A stretch of DNA of 64,000 nt, taken from the NCBI GenBank assembly GCA_973895155.1, contig OZ316892.1, forward strand, positions 11,720,238 to 11,784,237, given 5' to 3'. Shown here piece by piece: positions 60,401 to 64,000 of the stretch; positions within the stretch are counted from its first letter, which is position 1, and each line of letters begins with the position of its first letter. The stretch comes from Marsupella aquatica (lineage: Eukaryota > Plantae > Marchantiophyta). The position numbers were made by a program, and so were the translations under genes. Under the pieces are notes generated by a model. The model made no database searches, was not told the origin of the DNA, and saw only the letters and a program-made list of their open reading frames with translations.

Positions 60401-61529
60401 AGCTTCGTGCGCTGTGACTAATTCATCAGCTCGGACGACAGAGCGTATACAATCTCCCGTCAAAAGTCATGAGGCGACAGAAGATCAAATTCACGAGCTA
60501 AGCTGTCTCTTCGGCCAAACAATCCTCTGACTAAGAGCGTAGGAGTTAAGAAAAGCGATAGTTTTTACCTTCTTGCCCTCAAAATCAACTGAAAACTGCT
60601 GCTCAATTGGAGTGATGAAATCCGGCGTGCTGCAACCAACGCAATGCAGCTCGTCATTAACAATGCCCGCAACCGGACAAGAAGACGCTTTAACTCAGAA
60701 GTTAATCAGCGATGACCTCACCAGAAAAAATCCTGACTGCAAGCGCAATCCTGTGCTTCGGAATCAGCCTCCGCGTTCATCCTCCTGTCATCCGTCTCGT
60801 TCGGGCACACAACTGACCCTGTCATCCAAAATGCAGTGCGAGCAGGATGTCAGCAGATTTCAAGCCCTTCAAATTGACTGCAGAATCTGCTTTGCGAGTA
60901 AAGAATTGCAGTGCGAACTGCGCTATCTGATGACACGATCTACAGTTCTACTTACAATTCCGTACTACAAGGACGGAATCCTTGGAGAGAGTCACTCTGC
61001 ACAACGAGCTCGAGACGTCTGAGATTGAGATGGTGATAATGACTACTATCAAAACACACGAAAACATTTCTGCACAGAAATACCAAACAAGCCCTCTCCA
61101 GAAAAAGCCTCGCTTTTAAAATTTAAGCTTAGCCCACTAGCTTGATGGAAACAACATCACAATGACTGTAGCTGAAAACTAGACAGACGTTTCATCGACA
61201 ACTCATTTTTCGGGGGAATCTCATTCACGGGAAAATTACATGACCCGAATTCATGAGTGGCTGTGACCGGGCGATAGACCAGTTCCGAAGATCCGCATTA
61301 TGAATTGGACGCGAGGACAACAGGGCCCGGTTGGGACGACGCGATACCGTAATGACCTCGTACCTATATCAGTGGCAGAGTGGAGTACGAAAACAGCACG
61401 CGAATCGTCTTCTTCCAACGGCCGGACCACCCAGTCGGAGTGTTGCGAACGAGGAGGAGCGGCAGAGGACGCGAGCCGGACTTGGCTGAGCTGTTCGCTG
61501 AGATACAAGCCCTCTCGGGTTCCCTCCAT
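57468..61529 (-). CDS. WEE1: WEE1 cell-cycle kinase, multi-exon
   Basis: N-terminal SQDFFC|TPDFITP; SRYREDFEEIKEIGRGCFSRVYKVLNRTDGCLYAVKR; RKQALVEVQALA; HVVRYHSAWFE; HLDIKPDNI; YKLGDFG; EEGDSRY (WEE1 EGD motif); ADIFALG. Last exon ends ...TRNFC* at 57468. Start codon is tentative. Confidence 0.93.
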
Positions 61530-64000
61530 TCTTTCCCTTCACCAGAAAACAGAGCACCCGCCCTTCCTCTTTTCGAGCCACCTGAGAAATCATGCAACAC
61601 ATCAGCATTTTACGTAAGCCGACAAAGATATGGAACAACACAAGACCACCGCGGAAGCAGAAGAGAGATTTTCAGACAAGGAGAAATCCTCCTTGATTGA
61701 AAATGGACGACGAAAGCGATTCAAAAAGACAGCAAGGCGAATGAATGTATAAGAAGAGGAGTCTCAGATGGAGGAGCGCTCCTTTCAAGAGAACGATGGT
61801 CAGACGGGATCAAAGAAACCGTGCCGAATCCGCAAAACAACAAATTAACTATAGGTGTTGTTGCTCAAGGGCAAGCATTGCAATGCAATGCAATGCAATC
61901 CAATCCAATCCAATGCAGGACTTCACCGGAAAAAAAAAACTCCCCGAGAAGACAAGGCAAAACGCTGTTCCTACGGCCGAAGGAGGAGCATTGCAACAAC
62001 TGCGTGGAGATCAGGTGCCTGCCTTGCTCGATCAATGCAGGAGCAGTCAATCACACGAGTTTTGATCGCCCCCACAAAGCGAGCGGACGAGAGGAGGATG
62101 TCGATGGCGACGACGTTTTACCGCGCAAAGCGAGAAATTTCGCACGACATTTCTGTCGAGGAAGAAATATGCGGAAAACGAATTCAAATCAAAACCCAAC
62201 GGGCCCAGATTTACCGGGGCATTCAGGATAGCGTGTTCGGTACTTTTAGGTACAGGCACTGTGTTTTACCCAAGGTTGCCGGTCGTCATTCCCGCCCTCT
62301 AGCAGGCACTGTTTTTTACTCAAGGTTGCCGTTCATCGTTCCCCTCCCTCTAGACATAGAGCAGGTGAGAAATTTGATGAACTAAATAAGACGTGTCTAT
62401 ATGGAGCTTCTATAAGTGTATTCGGTGGATTACTGTAGGGACTCTTGGGTTCTTCCCAAAAATACACTTTTTGTGATAATTATGTTAAGAGCATCCCCAC
62501 CCGTCCCAGGAATGGCCAAGCATAATGCCCTCTGTAAAGCAGTGTTTTGATCCCCGCCCTACCCCGTTACTTTCGAACCCTGGCTCCCGGCCCGCCAGAA
62601 GCACACTCCCTCATGCCAGAACTGGCAGGTTTGGGCATATGCTACCATTGCCTGCCCTTGCTTTGCTAAACATTGCTAATGGCATAGATTGTCCCATCAA
62701 GAGACACATGGAGGGCGGCAACAACCAGGAATTGGAATCCCCTTGTTTTTCAACTGCAGATATTATTTGCAAAAGAGCAATGAAGGTGGGTCTTCATTCC
62801 AGGCGCTCTCTACCAAAGATGAGATGTCCGCCACTCCAACAATGCTCGTACCTGGTTGGGGATAGCTTGACTCATTGGAATTCTCAAAGTGCACAACCCA
62901 GGCACTAGACAACAAGTGCAATTCCGTCCATAGGTACATACATGCATTCATCCATTGTTGCAGCATGTAAAGTGCCGTGTACAATTTCATAGAATAGTTT
63001 CAAGCACTTATCCTATTGAATCTTGCAATATGAGGGCCCATGGTACAAGGAGTCCAATGTGTGTGATCTGACAACACATGTAGGGAAGTGCATAAGTGAT
63101 TTCCTTTTAGTTATATTATTATAGCTTTTAATTATTTTGCCACTAAAGATGTTCTAATTCACAATAGTGCCACTATTTTTCTGTATTTGTAAAAATGTCA
63201 TGGTTTTGTACACGGATTGACAAGTTTACCAGGGTAACTAGGGGAACTATATACAAAAACAGTGACATTATTGTAAATACAAAAAAATAGCGGTAATATT
63301 GTAAATTCAAACATCTTTAGTGACAATGTACTTAAAAACTGTATATTATAATAAGGTAGTACAATGTGTTGCAAATGTGGGGAAGTGTATAAATGATTTC
63401 TCATGCACTTATAACATAGTTCATACGCGCAGATTACTGCTCAGGGCATCTGGGATTTTCCGGGGAGCCTGCACTTACACCCTAATCCCCAAACCCTAAA
63501 TTGGCCTCTACTGTAGCCGTGTTGGAGGTGAGAAAACTGATAAACTGCGCTATTCTTGGCTGAAGGAAGTCTCAAAGTTTCTGAATTCACAACACTTAGC
63601 TCCCAAGTTATGTTTATGCTGATCATTAACTGTTGGCAGTGAACTGTGTGAGAGCCATGGCAGTTGGCAAGGTGTACAATCTAGGTAACAAATAAACAAA
63701 AAGCTCGTGAAAAAATCATGACCAAGCATTATGGCCAAAAACAATCAACTGTAATGTGAGGCTTTGAGACCTCCTAGTAGTGTGAGTGTACTACATAAGG
63801 TGTGTGTCGGGGTCCGGGGGGGTAGGTAGTACTGTAGTGGTGGGGTCTTTGAGTCAAAAATACATAGAGATGATGAGATGGGTGCAGGATAATGCTCTGA
63901 TCAATTTTGTGACCGAATGCTGTTTTGTTACTGACCTTGTAAGCAGGCTGGTAAGACAAACAAATGGAAACTACACCACATTGTGTCACGCAAAGACCCA

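Noticed and set aside
25326-61529. Functional clustering of RNA-processing (ESS2, FY) and cell-cycle (kinesin-12, WEE1) genes, or a link between FY and the EDM2-like cargo
   Set aside because: Adjacency of a few housekeeping genes is expected by chance; no shared regulatory structure is evident.

Overview
Eukaryotic nuclear DNA from a land plant; the intron-rich genes and long spliced 5' leaders suggest a bryophyte or other non-seed plant, but this is not provable here. Positions ~1-24 kb are a nested transposon island. It holds the 5' part of a large CACTA/En-Spm-type DNA transposon, whose transposase N-terminus runs off the left edge. That element appears to truncate a Helitron. A solo LTR and a tRNA-derived SINE split by a full-length, decayed Ty1/copia element follow. 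Positions ~25-62 kb are gene-dense: ESS2/DGCR14, a disrupted ARPC3, FY/WDR33, a kinesin-12 and WEE1, plus MITE-like inserts, a tRNA-Met fragment and tandem repeats. The most unusual structure lies directly upstream of the CACTA transposase. It is a tightly packed, co-oriented array of four small intronless cargo ORFs: a Cys/His-rich ORF, a stand-alone EDM2-type PHD cassette, a tandem BRCT protein resembling the Pol lambda BRCT, and an F-box-like ORF. Each is preceded by a 3' splice-acceptor-like site. This is a candidate transposon-borne module acting on chromatin, DNA repair and ubiquitination. All family assignments come from recognising motifs by eye; no database search was run.
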